Assembly: GCA_003155915.1 (NCBI GenBank)
Contig: PMFA01000029.1
Span: 2,717 to 66,716, forward strand
Direction of reading: 5' to 3'
DNA length: 64,000 nucleotides
Source of the DNA: Acidimicrobiaceae bacterium
Lineage (GTDB): Bacteria > Actinomycetota > Acidimicrobiia > Acidimicrobiales > RAAP-2
Part shown: positions 28,117 to 37,701 of the stretch, in pieces
Position numbering within the stretch: the first letter of the stretch is position 1
Layout: each line of letters starts with the position of its first letter
Made by a program: the position numbers and the translations under genes
The notes under the pieces: model-generated
The model's input: the letters and a program-made list of their open reading frames with translations, nothing else
Databases searched by the model: none
Told to the model about the DNA's origin: nothing

Positions 28117-29313
28117 CTACGAGACGGGCGTGATGAGATCGAGTTTCGTCGACCAGTTGTTGAGTATCTTGTCGGCGTCGGCGCCGAGGACGTCTTCGAG
28201 CATCGAGGCGTAGACGTCGCGAAAGTCGACCACGACCGCGAGGTCGCCCTGCACCAGGTTCGTGAGCGAGGGCTGTTCGCCATAGAAGCCACCGGCGACC
28301 CGGTTCCCGGCGACGAAGACCGGCGCGGACGTCCCGTGGTCGGTCCCCTCGCCCCCGTTCGCCTCGACTCGCCGACCGAACTCCGAATAGACCATGACGA
28401 CGACGTCGTTCGCGCGCGCGGTCGTCCCGACTTGGGTGAGGAACGCGGTGATCGCGTCCGAGACCTGACCGACGAGCACGTTCTGTTGGCTCAGTTCGTC
28501 CGCGTGGGTGTCAAAACCACTGAGCGACACGGAGTACACCCGGGTCGGCACGTTGGCCGTAATCATGTTGGCCACGACGTCGAGTTGTTGGGCGAGCGGC
28601 GTCGCGGACGTCGGCGGGGCGTTCTGCAAGACCGGCGTGAGGGTGGACGACAGTGAAAAAAGGTCGCCGATGGAACCGGCGGCGTCGGCGATCAGCTCGG
28701 AGTCCTGAGTGGAGGAGACGGCGAGCAGTTCCAATTGGGTGGCCAGTGAACCGTTGGGGACCTGCAAGCCGCTGATCGGCACCATTGAACCGACCCGGTG
28801 GTCGCCGGCCAAGAGCGGCGTCAGCGTCGAGCCGACGCCGATCGCGCGGAAGGGGTCCCGCGGGAGCGAATCGAGGTAGCGGCCGATCCAACCACTCGAG
28901 ATCTCCTCGATCGGCGATCCGCTCTGCCAGATCGCCATGGAAGAAAAGTGCGAGAGGTTCGGGTTGGGATAGCTCGTGCCGAGCACGATCGCCAGCTTGT
29001 TGGCCGTCCACAGCGACGCGAATCCCGTCATCGTGCCGTTCAGCGCCAGCGAATCGCTCAGGGGAATCACCTCGGACGCGTCAAGGGACATGTCGGGTCG
29101 ATTCGACAGGTAGGCCGGATCCAAATACGGCACGACCGTATTGAGCCCGTCGTTGCCGCCGTAGAGCGTGACGATGACGAGGATCGGCGTGCCGAGCGGC
29201 AGCGGCGTCACGCTCGCGGCCTGGGCCACGTCCTGCATCGAGAGCGTCGCGGCGATCGTCGCGGCGCCGGTGTACTTGAGGAACTGACGGCGGTTGAAGT
29301 CGCACGGACTCAT
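28117..29313 (-). CDS. DUF1501 domain-containing protein (Tat-exported, sulfatase-like fold)
   Basis: The likely start is the ATG at 29313, giving MSPCDFNRRQFLKYTGAATIAATLSMQDVAQA (twin-arginine signal). The track ORF extension to 29691 overlaps the upstream gene. It is paired with DUF1800, as is commonly seen. Confidence 0.8.
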   Translation of the reverse strand: MSPCDFNRRQFLKYTGAATIAATLSMQDVAQAASVTPLPLGTPILVIVTLYGGNDGLNTVVPYLDPAYLSNRPDMSLDASEVIPLSDSLALNGTMTGFASLWTANKLAIVLGTSYPNPNLSHFSSMAIWQSGSPIEEISSGWIGRYLDSLPRDPFRAIGVGSTLTPLLAGDHRVGSMVPISGLQVPNGSLATQLELLAVSSTQDSELIADAAGSIGDLFSLSSTLTPVLQNAPPTSATPLAQQLDVVANMITANVPTRVYSVSLSGFDTHADELSQQNVLVGQVSDAITAFLTQVGTTARANDVVVMVYSEFGRRVEANGGEGTDHGTSAPVFVAGNRVAGGFYGEQPSLTNLVQGDLAVVVDFRDVYASMLEDVLGADADKILNNWSTKLDLITPVS

Positions 29314-30602
29314 GCGTTCACCAAGTACTCGGGCGCGTTGAGCGCCAACAGCGCCAATCGAGCCGAGTCCGAGACGGCCTGATTGAGCGAGCGCTCGGTA
29401 CGAACGCTCCACTGCGCGACGCCCAACCAGTCGGCGGCCGCTTGGACCATCTTTGATTTCGGCACCGAGGTGAGCGCATCGATATGACCGTTCTGAACGA
29501 GGTAGTAGGCGAGATTGATGCGGTACTGCGTCGCCGCCGCCGTCAGCCACGCCTCGTCGTAGGGCCAGCCGCCGACGCTGGGTGGATTGAAGGGGAACTG
29601 ACCCATCGAATCCAGGTACCACGAGACCGCGCCCGAGGACGGGAGCTTCGAAGGTGTGACCCGCAACGCTCGACAAGCCGAGACGAACCACTCGACCGGG
29701 GACTTCGCCTGCGAGTACTGGGGCCGTCGCATGGCGGGATTGCGGGCGATTGAGTTGATGAGCGGTGAGATGTCGCGGTTCTCGAAGACTTTCGACAATG
29801 ACGCGGGCGGCTCAATCGACGACGAGATGAATCGGAACCAGAGTCGTCGCGCGATGAACGTCGCGTTCTCGGGGCGCGACACGATCCAATCGCTCAAGGT
29901 CACCGCGTCAAAGACCTGTCGCTTGCCGAGCACGCTGACCTTGTCGTTGTCGTGCAGTTTGGGATCGAAGGTCACCGCGCCGCTCGTCTGATCGACGTTG
30001 TAGCCGGTGAAGCCGAGCGCCGCCTGGTGGACGTCGGACTGGGAGTAGTTACCGACGCCCAGGGTGAAGAGCTCCATGAATTCGCGACCGAGATTCTCAT
30101 TGGGTGAGTACGCGACGTTCTCTTCCCCGTCGAGCCAAAAGATCAGCGCACCGTCGCGCACCATCGCCCTCGACATGTCCTTGAAGTTCCCCAACGCGTG
30201 CGTTCGCAACGTGTCGTTCTGGATCTTCATCGGCAGGGCGTAGGTGACCTTGGAGATCGAGGTCGCCCAATGGCCGTGCCAGAACCACGTCATACGCTCT
30301 ACGAAGGGATAATCGGCGAGCACCATGCGGTCCATCCACCACATCGCCACGCTGACCGACTGGTCGTAGACCTCTTTCCAGTACGCCGCGCTCGCGGTCG
30401 GGTCCGAAGGCGCCTGACCCATGGTGGGAAAGGGCGGGGTCACCAGAGCGTTGAGACCGGGATCGGATCGACGCGCCAGGATCTTGGCGCGCGCCTGCGG
30501 GATGCCGCCGGCGAGCAACTGAAGGTACTCGCCGGGCTTGGGCCCGAGTCCGAAGCGGTGAACGAGACGCGACAACTCCAGTCGATCCGAGGCCGCCGTC
30601 AT
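29310..30602 (-). CDS. DUF1800 domain-containing protein
   Basis: 430-aa ORF directly upstream of the DUF1501 gene, overlapping it by 4 nt. Family call rests on the partnership and overall similarity from memory. Confidence 0.7.
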   Translation of the reverse strand: MTAASDRLELSRLVHRFGLGPKPGEYLQLLAGGIPQARAKILARRSDPGLNALVTPPFPTMGQAPSDPTASAAYWKEVYDQSVSVAMWWMDRMVLADYPFVERMTWFWHGHWATSISKVTYALPMKIQNDTLRTHALGNFKDMSRAMVRDGALIFWLDGEENVAYSPNENLGREFMELFTLGVGNYSQSDVHQAALGFTGYNVDQTSGAVTFDPKLHDNDKVSVLGKRQVFDAVTLSDWIVSRPENATFIARRLWFRFISSSIEPPASLSKVFENRDISPLINSIARNPAMRRPQYSQAKSPVEWFVSACRALRVTPSKLPSSGAVSWYLDSMGQFPFNPPSVGGWPYDEAWLTAAATQYRINLAYYLVQNGHIDALTSVPKSKMVQAAADWLGVAQWSVRTERSLNQAVSDSARLALLALNAPEYLVNA

Positions 30603-30683
30603 TCAGCGAGACTAGAACGTCGATCTCACTAAAAGTCTCGTGTGGATTGGAATTGTCCGAGATTTGTCTCGGCCCGCGGCCGG

Positions 30684-31118
30684 CTAGAAACAGGCGGCGA
30701 GATCGAAGAGCAGCGACTGTATGGTCCGCACGTAACTCAGCATCTGTTCGTCGGCCTCGGCCAACAGTTCGTCGGTGAGCAAACCGTTCGTTTGGGCCGT
30801 CGAACGCAGCGCGACTTGGAGCGTCGTGAGCCAGACCCACGCTTCGGCGTCATTCAAGAACTGTTCGTCGACCGTGAGACTGGCCAATTCGGCGTTGGTG
30901 GAGGTCTCGGTCTGGCGTGCGAGCATCGCGACCGGATTGTCTTGATCGAGACTCGGATCGATCGGACCCGTCAACGAGACGTGCCACTCGTGGTCGGGGT
31001 CGCGTTCGGCGGCTAAGACATTCGCGAACGCACTTCGAACAACGGAACGCCCGTAGTCGTTCATACGCACTTCAACCCGGCCGTCGCGACGACGCGTGAA
31101 GATCTTGCTGCCCGCCAC
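30684..31118 (-). CDS. DUF2017 domain-containing protein (ClpS-associated)
   Basis: 144-aa acidic protein immediately downstream of clpS (1-nt overlap, TAGTG), the conserved actinobacterial arrangement. Confidence 0.7.
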   Translation of the reverse strand: MAGSKIFTRRRDGRVEVRMNDYGRSVVRSAFANVLAAERDPDHEWHVSLTGPIDPSLDQDNPVAMLARQTETSTNAELASLTVDEQFLNDAEAWVWLTTLQVALRSTAQTNGLLTDELLAEADEQMLSYVRTIQSLLFDLAACF

Positions 31119-31423
31119 TAAGCGTCCTGTTCGATCGTGCTCTGGAGTCCCGAGACCTGCAACTTGACGCAGTAGCTCTCGGCTCGTTCACGGTGTCCGG
31201 ACCACACGAGTGCTCGGCCCTCGTGGTGCACCGCCAGCATCAATTGGGTGCATTTATTGTTCGAATAACCGAAGATCTTGCGGAAGATGACGACGACGAC
31301 CGCCATGGGCGTGACGGGGTCGTTCCACACGATCACGTTCCAGGGTTTCTTGGTCTCGACGGCGTCTTCGGTCTGGACGTCACCCTCGGTCGTCGTGCGA
31401 CGAAGTGGTTGCGTGGAGGCCAT
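31118..31423 (-). CDS. clpS: ATP-dependent Clp protease adaptor ClpS
   Basis: 101 aa with the core WNVIVWNDPVTPMAVVVVIFRKIFGYS...LMLAVHHEGRALV, typical of ClpS. Confidence 0.9.
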   Translation of the reverse strand: MASTQPLRRTTTEGDVQTEDAVETKKPWNVIVWNDPVTPMAVVVVIFRKIFGYSNNKCTQLMLAVHHEGRALVWSGHRERAESYCVKLQVSGLQSTIEQDA

Positions 31424-31478
31424 GTCACCAGTGTCCCAGACCGCCGTTTGAAATGAAAGTTACGAACGTAGTCTGGCC

Positions 31479-32363
31479 ATGGGGAACACGAGAAAGGTGT
31501 CAGCCACGGTGGCCAGTGAAGCCCTGACACGGTTGCGACGACGCGTCAATCGCGATATCCGCAATGCCGTCGGACTGTCCAAGGAACCACCACCTCGCTG
31601 TAACGATCCCGACGAGGCGTACTTCGCCCTCGACAGCGTGGCGCGCATTATTCACGGCGACCTGCCGCCCATGCTGGTCGGCGGGCTCGGATCGCTGTTC
31701 ATTCAGATGCTCCATCCCCACACCATGGCCGGCGTCGCCCAACATTCGCGCTACCGCGAAGACCCCCTCGGGCGACTCCTCCAGACGGCGAACTTCATCG
31801 GCTTCACGACCTACGGCACGAGGTCCGAGGCCTACGCGTCGATTGAACGGGTCCTCGCCGTGCACCAAGTCGTTCGTGGTGTCGCCGACGACGGCGTCCC
31901 CTACTTCGCGAACGATCCGCACCTCCTGGCGTGGGTCCACGCCGCCGAGACCTCGATGTTCCTCACGGCCTACCGACGCTTCGGCGTGGTGCGATTGAGC
32001 GACGAAGACGCCGATCGCTACGTGCTCGAAATGGCGAACCTGGCTCTCGACCTGGGCATGGTCGATCCGCCAACATCGGTGGCGGCACTGGAGGCCACCA
32101 TCCAGCGATTCCGGCCCGAACTGCGTCTCAGTCCCGACGGCGCCACGGCGCGTGACTTCGTCGTGCACGGTGTCCAGCGCGGACCGATCCAGCGTTCGGT
32201 CAACTGGCTGCTCGTTCGCTGTTCGTTCGCCCTCATGACACCCTGGGAATTGGAGCTCCTCGGCGTGAAGCGCCGACCGTTGCGCAACCGGCTCTTCATC
32301 GTGCCAGCGACGGCGTTACTGTGTCGGCTGCTGCGCCTTTTCGTGCCGCCGCCGCCTAGGTAG
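31479..32363 (+). CDS. DUF2236 / MpaB-family oxygenase-like protein
   Basis: 294-aa ORF. LGSLFIQMLHPHTMAGVAQHSRYREDPLGRLLQT resembles the MpaB/rubber-oxygenase catalytic-domain signature. Confidence 0.6.
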   Translation: MGNTRKVSATVASEALTRLRRRVNRDIRNAVGLSKEPPPRCNDPDEAYFALDSVARIIHGDLPPMLVGGLGSLFIQMLHPHTMAGVAQHSRYREDPLGRLLQTANFIGFTTYGTRSEAYASIERVLAVHQVVRGVADDGVPYFANDPHLLAWVHAAETSMFLTAYRRFGVVRLSDEDADRYVLEMANLALDLGMVDPPTSVAALEATIQRFRPELRLSPDGATARDFVVHGVQRGPIQRSVNWLLVRCSFALMTPWELELLGVKRRPLRNRLFIVPATALLCRLLRLFVPPPPR

Positions 32364-33105
32364 CGAGCCCGAGTCCGCCGTCAACGACCACGACCTGGCC
32401 GGTCACGTACGCCGAACTCGCCAGCGCCACGATGACGTCCGCGACGTCCTCGGGCGTGCCGCTACGTTTCAATGGAGCGACGGCGCGCACGTATCCGCGC
32501 ACGGTCTCCCAGTCCTCGGTCCACGGCGTGTCGATGAGTCCCGGCGCGACGGCGTTGACCCGCACCTCGGGCCCGACGACCTTGGCGAGCAGCGCGGTCA
32601 TGTGATTGACCGCCGCCTTCGAGGCCGCGTAGGGAATCGAAGAACCGGTCTCTCGCACGCCCGCCAACGACGAGACGTTCACGATGGCGCCGTGACTCGC
32701 TCGCAGTGCGTCCATCGCCGCGACGCAGAGACTCCACGTACCAAAGACGTTGACTTCGAAGATCTCGCGCCACACGTCGAGCGACGCCGCCTGCAGGTCC
32801 GCGTGGGGAATCACTTTGGTCGTGCCCGCGTTGTTGATCAGAACGTCGAGGCGTCCGTAGTGTTCGAGGACCGCGGCGACGAGTCGCGTGCAATCCTCAC
32901 TCTTGGCGACGTCGCCTTGCACGTAGATCGAGTTCGGCGTCGCGCCCGCGAGTCGTTCTCCCGCCTCGACACTGCGCACCGAGTTGAAGACCACGTGGTC
33001 GCCGTCCTTCGCGAAGCGAAGCGCCGTCGCCTCGCCGATGCCGCTCGTCGACCCGGTCACCAGGACGACGCGCTCGGCCACCGCTATCTCCGTCGCAGTC
33101 GCCAC
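32356..33105 (-). CDS. SDR family oxidoreductase (FabG-like)
   Basis: TGSTSGIGEA cofactor motif, NNAG, and the catalytic YAASKAAV (YxxxK). Confidence 0.9.
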   Translation of the reverse strand: MATATEIAVAERVVLVTGSTSGIGEATALRFAKDGDHVVFNSVRSVEAGERLAGATPNSIYVQGDVAKSEDCTRLVAAVLEHYGRLDVLINNAGTTKVIPHADLQAASLDVWREIFEVNVFGTWSLCVAAMDALRASHGAIVNVSSLAGVRETGSSIPYAASKAAVNHMTALLAKVVGPEVRVNAVAPGLIDTPWTEDWETVRGYVRAVAPLKRSGTPEDVADVIVALASSAYVTGQVVVVDGGLGLAT

Positions 33106-33992
33106 GAGCCGGCCCAGTGTTGACCCGGCTCGAGCACCACGACGTCCTTGCCACTGCGCAGCGCGTCCGGCGGACAGGTCATTGGTTCGACGGCGACCGC
33201 GGTGCGACGGCGACCCCTTTCCAGGTGGTCGCCGGTGAAGACCTGGAGATACGGGAAGTTGCGATCGACACTCAACTCGATCTCACCGCCAGTCGAATCG
33301 GCAAGGACCACGGTGGCGAGTCCGGAATCGTCACGCACCAGTTCGGTGAACGTCGTGTCGAGCACGTGTCCGCTCACTGATTTGCGGGTCGTGAAGTCCA
33401 AATTGCCTCCGACCACCGGCAAGATCTCACCGGTCGGTAGTTGGCGATCGTTCAGCGCGACGTACGCCTTGGCCGGGATCTCCAACTCGGCCCCTTCGAT
33501 CGTTGGTGTCGTGACCGCGAGGTAGGGATGGAAGCCCACGCCGAAGGGTATCGGTACGTCGTCGCGATTGGTCACGGTCGTCGTGACCGTCAGACCGAGT
33601 CGTCCCAGGTGATAGGTCACGTTGATCTCGCTGAGGAAGGGATACTCGGGCGACGGGTGCAAGAGCAGCGTCAGGGAACAGCGATTCTGGTTGACCGAGT
33701 CGATCCGAAACGGCCGCCAGCGCACGAGTCCGTGAATCGCCGTTGCGTGCGCGACGTCATCGATCGTGGGACGGGCGGTTCGATCGGAGAACGCCCACTG
33801 CCCGTCGCCCATACGGTTCGGCCACGGGAAGAGCACCTGTCCCCTCGCCCCCGTGGGCACCTCTTCGCCGGCGAAGCCCTCGATAACGCTGAGTCCGCCC
33901 TTCACGAAGGTCCGCAGCGTCGCTCCGACCTCGGTGATCACGGCCCGTTCCTCGCCGTGGGCAATGGCAATCTGTTCACCGGATGGAAGCAT
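33084..33992 (-). CDS. aldose 1-epimerase (galactose mutarotase-like) family protein
   Basis: 302-aa ORF with FPWPNR and GVGFHPYL motifs typical of the mutarotase fold. Confidence 0.75.
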   Translation of the reverse strand: MLPSGEQIAIAHGEERAVITEVGATLRTFVKGGLSVIEGFAGEEVPTGARGQVLFPWPNRMGDGQWAFSDRTARPTIDDVAHATAIHGLVRWRPFRIDSVNQNRCSLTLLLHPSPEYPFLSEINVTYHLGRLGLTVTTTVTNRDDVPIPFGVGFHPYLAVTTPTIEGAELEIPAKAYVALNDRQLPTGEILPVVGGNLDFTTRKSVSGHVLDTTFTELVRDDSGLATVVLADSTGGEIELSVDRNFPYLQVFTGDHLERGRRRTAVAVEPMTCPPDALRSGKDVVVLEPGQHWAGSWRLRRR

Positions 33993-34049
33993 CAGTGGCT
34001 TTTCCCTCTAATCACTGGCGTGTAACGTACGCCCGATATCGTACGCCGT

Positions 34050-34901
34050 ATGCGAATCCTCATAACCAACGACGACGGAATCTCCGCTCTGGGCCTCGAG
34101 GTGCTGGCGCGAAACGTGGAGCGCTGGATTGACGAAGCCCCCGCGGACGAGGTCCGCGAAGCCATCGTCGTGGCGCCGAGTGAGAACCACTCCGGCATGT
34201 CCTCGGCGGTCGGCGACGTCTTTACCCACCCCAGCGTTCACTACGAACGGCGCAGCATCCCGGGAGCGGAATCACTCGTGGCGTACTCCCTCGAGGCTCC
34301 CCCGGCGTTGTGCGCGATCCTCGGCGCCGTGGGCAGCTTCGAGTTTCAACCGGACCTGATTCTCTCGGGTATCAACGCCGGCGCGAACGTCGGGCGAAGC
34401 GTCCTGCACTCGGGCACGATCGGCGCCATACTCACCGGCGCGCAACTCGGCCTCTCGGGACTCGCGGTCTCGGTGCAGTGGGGCGAGAACGTCCATTACG
34501 ACACCGCCGGCGAGGTCGCGATCGAGGTCCTCCAGGAACTGATGAACGCGCCGTCTCGTACCCTTTTCAACCTCAACGTGCCGAATCTCTCGGCGGCCGA
34601 AATGAAGGGCGTACGCCGTGGGCGCATCTCGCGCGCCGGCGTCGTGAAGTCCGCGCGCCCGTCGATCAATGGTGAAGCACTCGGTGACGAGGGAGAACTG
34701 ACGTTGCGACTCGGCGCGGCGACGCCCGACATCGGCGACGTCAGTGACGAGGACGCCGATGAGGACGGAGCGTTACTCGTGGCCGGTTACGCGTCACTGA
34801 CGCCGCTGCGCGGTCCCCACGAGGACGCGGACCCGGGACTCGACGGCCTCGTTCATTCGGCCCTGGAAGCGATCGCCCGGCACCTGAACAAGGTCCGCTA
34901 G
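34050..34901 (+). CDS. surE: 5'/3'-nucleotidase SurE
   Basis: N-terminal MRILITNDDGI and the SGINAGAN motif. Confidence 0.9.
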   Translation: MRILITNDDGISALGLEVLARNVERWIDEAPADEVREAIVVAPSENHSGMSSAVGDVFTHPSVHYERRSIPGAESLVAYSLEAPPALCAILGAVGSFEFQPDLILSGINAGANVGRSVLHSGTIGAILTGAQLGLSGLAVSVQWGENVHYDTAGEVAIEVLQELMNAPSRTLFNLNVPNLSAAEMKGVRRGRISRAGVVKSARPSINGEALGDEGELTLRLGAATPDIGDVSDEDADEDGALLVAGYASLTPLRGPHEDADPGLDGLVHSALEAIARHLNKVR

Positions 34902-35329
34902 TCGTCCGTAGGGCGACGGCGCTGTTCCTTCACTCGACTTCGGGCTTTCTTGTCGTCGACTCGACGAACCTTCGAACCCTTCGTCGGCTTGGTCGCGCGT
35001 CGCGGTGGCAGACGGGTCAACGCAACGGCGATCTTCTGGGCCAACTGTTCGAGCGCGGCACCGCGATTCTGTCCCTGCGAGCGGAATCGACCGGCGCTCG
35101 CGCGAACGACCGGTCCAAGTTTTTCCAAGAGCAACTCGCGGTCGGCGTTCGAGAGGACCTGGGACTCTCTCACGTCGAAGGACGCCACGACGCGCGTCAG
35201 TGATCGATTCGCGTGCTGACCCCCCGGACCGCCGGACGTCGTCACGCGAAGGACGATTTCGTCCGACGGAATGGTGAGGCGATTTCGAATGAAGAGCGAA
35301 CCGTCTTCGAGCCCGTGTGGCGAACTCAT
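34898..35329 (-). CDS. arfB: alternative ribosome-rescue factor ArfB (peptidyl-tRNA hydrolase, RF-1 domain)
   Basis: 143 aa with the GGQ motif (SGGPGGQHANRS) and a Lys/Arg-rich C-terminal tail. Confidence 0.85.
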   Translation of the reverse strand: MSSPHGLEDGSLFIRNRLTIPSDEIVLRVTTSGGPGGQHANRSLTRVVASFDVRESQVLSNADRELLLEKLGPVVRASAGRFRSQGQNRGAALEQLAQKIAVALTRLPPRRATKPTKGSKVRRVDDKKARSRVKEQRRRPTDD

Positions 35330-36159
35330 TGGGCGCGCGCCGAAAATCGGACCATCGCCAACTGACTCGACGTGGCCACGAGTTGATCACGGTCGTCGAA
35401 CAGTTCGCAGCGTTCCTCCACCAGACCGTCGGTGATGACCACGCACCACTGGCGCGCTCGCAACCATTCACCGTTCGGTATTTGGTGGACGTAGGACGTC
35501 AACTGGAGGGTCGGCACCCACCCCGAGGAACCAAGTGGAAAGGTGGCGGGCGGCAAACCGTCGCTCGCGAAGAGCAGGGTCCACGCGTCCCACGTCCCAA
35601 CGCCATCGTTGAGACGAAGCCAGCCCTTCACCTCCGCGAGGTCGCTGCGTTCGCCGTCCAACCACATCGCGCACGTGGGGTCCAAACGAAAATCGACCAC
35701 GCTCATGAGCTTGATCTCCTCGACCACCGTACGCCGTAGGCACTCCTCGAGAGGGGCCAGCGCCGGTAGTTCGTCGAGGCGGTAACGAACCGTGGCGTCG
35801 TCGGCGAGAGTGCCCAGGGTGACCAGTGACTCGGACGTGACCGCTTCGTCTTGGACGAGTTCGACGTGAACGAACGTGACGCTCCGACCCACTCGTCGCA
35901 CTTTGGTGTGCAGTTCCACCGGACCGACGTTCGGGGCCGTGACGTAGTTCGTCGTGATGGCCGTGGTGTGGACGTGGGCCGATCCCTCGTCGCTCGCGGC
36001 CGCCAGTGCCGCGTTCGCCAAGAGGCACTGGAGGTACCCGCCGTTCGGGTGTCCCACCACCGTGTAATCATCGGATATCTGCGCGGCGTAGCGTCCGGGA
36101 CCGATCGGATCGACGGCCGCCGCGTCGCGCAATGAACGGCTCTCGGGCGCGGCGCTCAT
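35326..36159 (-). CDS. thioesterase-like superfamily protein (double hotdog, putative acyl-CoA thioesterase)
   Basis: 277-aa ORF whose size and composition fit TesB-like or thioesterase-like proteins. I identified no sharp motif. Confidence 0.5.
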   Translation of the reverse strand: MSAAPESRSLRDAAAVDPIGPGRYAAQISDDYTVVGHPNGGYLQCLLANAALAAASDEGSAHVHTTAITTNYVTAPNVGPVELHTKVRRVGRSVTFVHVELVQDEAVTSESLVTLGTLADDATVRYRLDELPALAPLEECLRRTVVEEIKLMSVVDFRLDPTCAMWLDGERSDLAEVKGWLRLNDGVGTWDAWTLLFASDGLPPATFPLGSSGWVPTLQLTSYVHQIPNGEWLRARQWCVVITDGLVEERCELFDDRDQLVATSSQLAMVRFSARAQ

Positions 36160-36222
36160 AGGGAAACCTTAACGGTGGATTTCCTTCGAACCGTTAGATT
36201 GGCCAATGAGAAAGAGGTTTCG

Positions 36223-37701
36223 ATGAGGACCATTCCCTATTTCATTAACGATGAGCGCGTCGATGGGGCGGGCGATCTACTCGTCTTCAACCCGGCGACC
36301 GGTGATGTCAACGCCCACGTCCCCATCGCCGACGCGAAGCTCGTCGACGACGTCGTTACGATCGCGCGTGGCGCCGCCGACGGTTGGCGTAATTCCTCGC
36401 TCTCCCAGCGCACCAACGTCCTCTTCACGCTGCGCCAACTCCTCGTCGAACACGCCGACGAACTGGCGGCCCTGATCACCCAAGAACACGGCAAGACCCT
36501 CGCCGACGCGAAGGGTGAACTGGCGCGCGGTCTCGAGAACGTGGAATACGCCTGTGGGCTCACCGAGCACATGAAGGGTGAGTTCTCCAGCCAAGTCGCC
36601 GACGGCGTCGACGTGCATTCGGTACGCGAACCGGTCGGTGTCGTGGCCGCGATCACGCCGTTCAACTTCCCGATCATGGTGCCCCTGTGGATGACCGCGA
36701 ACGCGATCGCGACCGGCAACGCCGTGATCTTGAAGCCGTCCGAGCGCGACCCTTCGGTGTCGGTTCGCTTGGGCGAACTGCTTCGTGAAGGCGGTCTGCC
36801 CAAGGGCGTCTTCAACGTGATCCACGGCAACGCCGACACGGTCAACCAACTCCTCGAGCACCCGGGCATCGACGCGGTGAGCTTCGTCGGCTCGACCCCG
36901 GTCGCTCGTCACGTGTACCTCACCGGCACCGCGCACGGCAAGCGCGTGCAGGCGCTCGGTGGAGCCAAGAACCACATGGTCGTCTTGCCCGACGCCGATC
37001 TCGACATCGCGGCCGACGCCGCTATCAACGCCGGGTTCGGCTCGGCCGGTGAACGGTGCATGGCGATCAGCGTCGTCGTCGCGGTCGGGGACATCGCCGA
37101 CGAACTGATCGGGCGCATCACGGAACGACTGGACCGTTTGACGGTCGGACCGGGCGACGATCCGAGTAGCGACTTTGGTCCGGTCATCACGAGAGAGCAC
37201 CGCGACCGCGTCGTGGGCTACGTGACCTCCGCGCCGAGCGAGGGCATCACCGTCGTGCGCGACGGCACCTCGTGGGCCGACAAGCCCGGGTTCTTCGTGG
37301 GGCCCTGCCTGCTCGACGGCGTCGAGCCGGGGATGAAGGCCTACGATGACGAGATCTTTGGTCCGGTACTCGGCGTGTCGCGTGTCGCCTCCTACGCCGA
37401 GGCGGTCGCCATGGTGAACGCCAATCAGTACGGCAACGGCGTGGCGATCTTCACCCGCGACGGCAACACAGCGCGGCTCTTCTCGCGCGAAGTGAGCGTC
37501 GGGATGATCGGCGTCAACGTGCCGATTCCGGTGCCGATCGCCGCCTACTCATTCGGCGGATGGAAGAATTCTCTCTTCGGCCACAGTCACATCTACGGAC
37601 CCGAGGGCTTCGCCTTCTACACGCGCGCCAAGGTCGTCACGACACGCTGGCCCCAACCCTCGGAGTCACAGATCGATCTCGGCTTCCCGACCACCCGCTA
37701 A
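36223..37701 (+). CDS. mmsA: CoA-acylating methylmalonate-semialdehyde dehydrogenase
   Basis: The ATG at 36223 is preceded by GAGAAAGAGG. Motifs GGAKNHMVV and GSAGERCMAIS (catalytic Cys), with the C-terminal AYSFGGWKNSLFG typical of MmsA. Confidence 0.88.
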   Translation: MRTIPYFINDERVDGAGDLLVFNPATGDVNAHVPIADAKLVDDVVTIARGAADGWRNSSLSQRTNVLFTLRQLLVEHADELAALITQEHGKTLADAKGELARGLENVEYACGLTEHMKGEFSSQVADGVDVHSVREPVGVVAAITPFNFPIMVPLWMTANAIATGNAVILKPSERDPSVSVRLGELLREGGLPKGVFNVIHGNADTVNQLLEHPGIDAVSFVGSTPVARHVYLTGTAHGKRVQALGGAKNHMVVLPDADLDIAADAAINAGFGSAGERCMAISVVVAVGDIADELIGRITERLDRLTVGPGDDPSSDFGPVITREHRDRVVGYVTSAPSEGITVVRDGTSWADKPGFFVGPCLLDGVEPGMKAYDDEIFGPVLGVSRVASYAEAVAMVNANQYGNGVAIFTRDGNTARLFSREVSVGMIGVNVPIPVPIAAYSFGGWKNSLFGHSHIYGPEGFAFYTRAKVVTTRWPQPSESQIDLGFPTTR

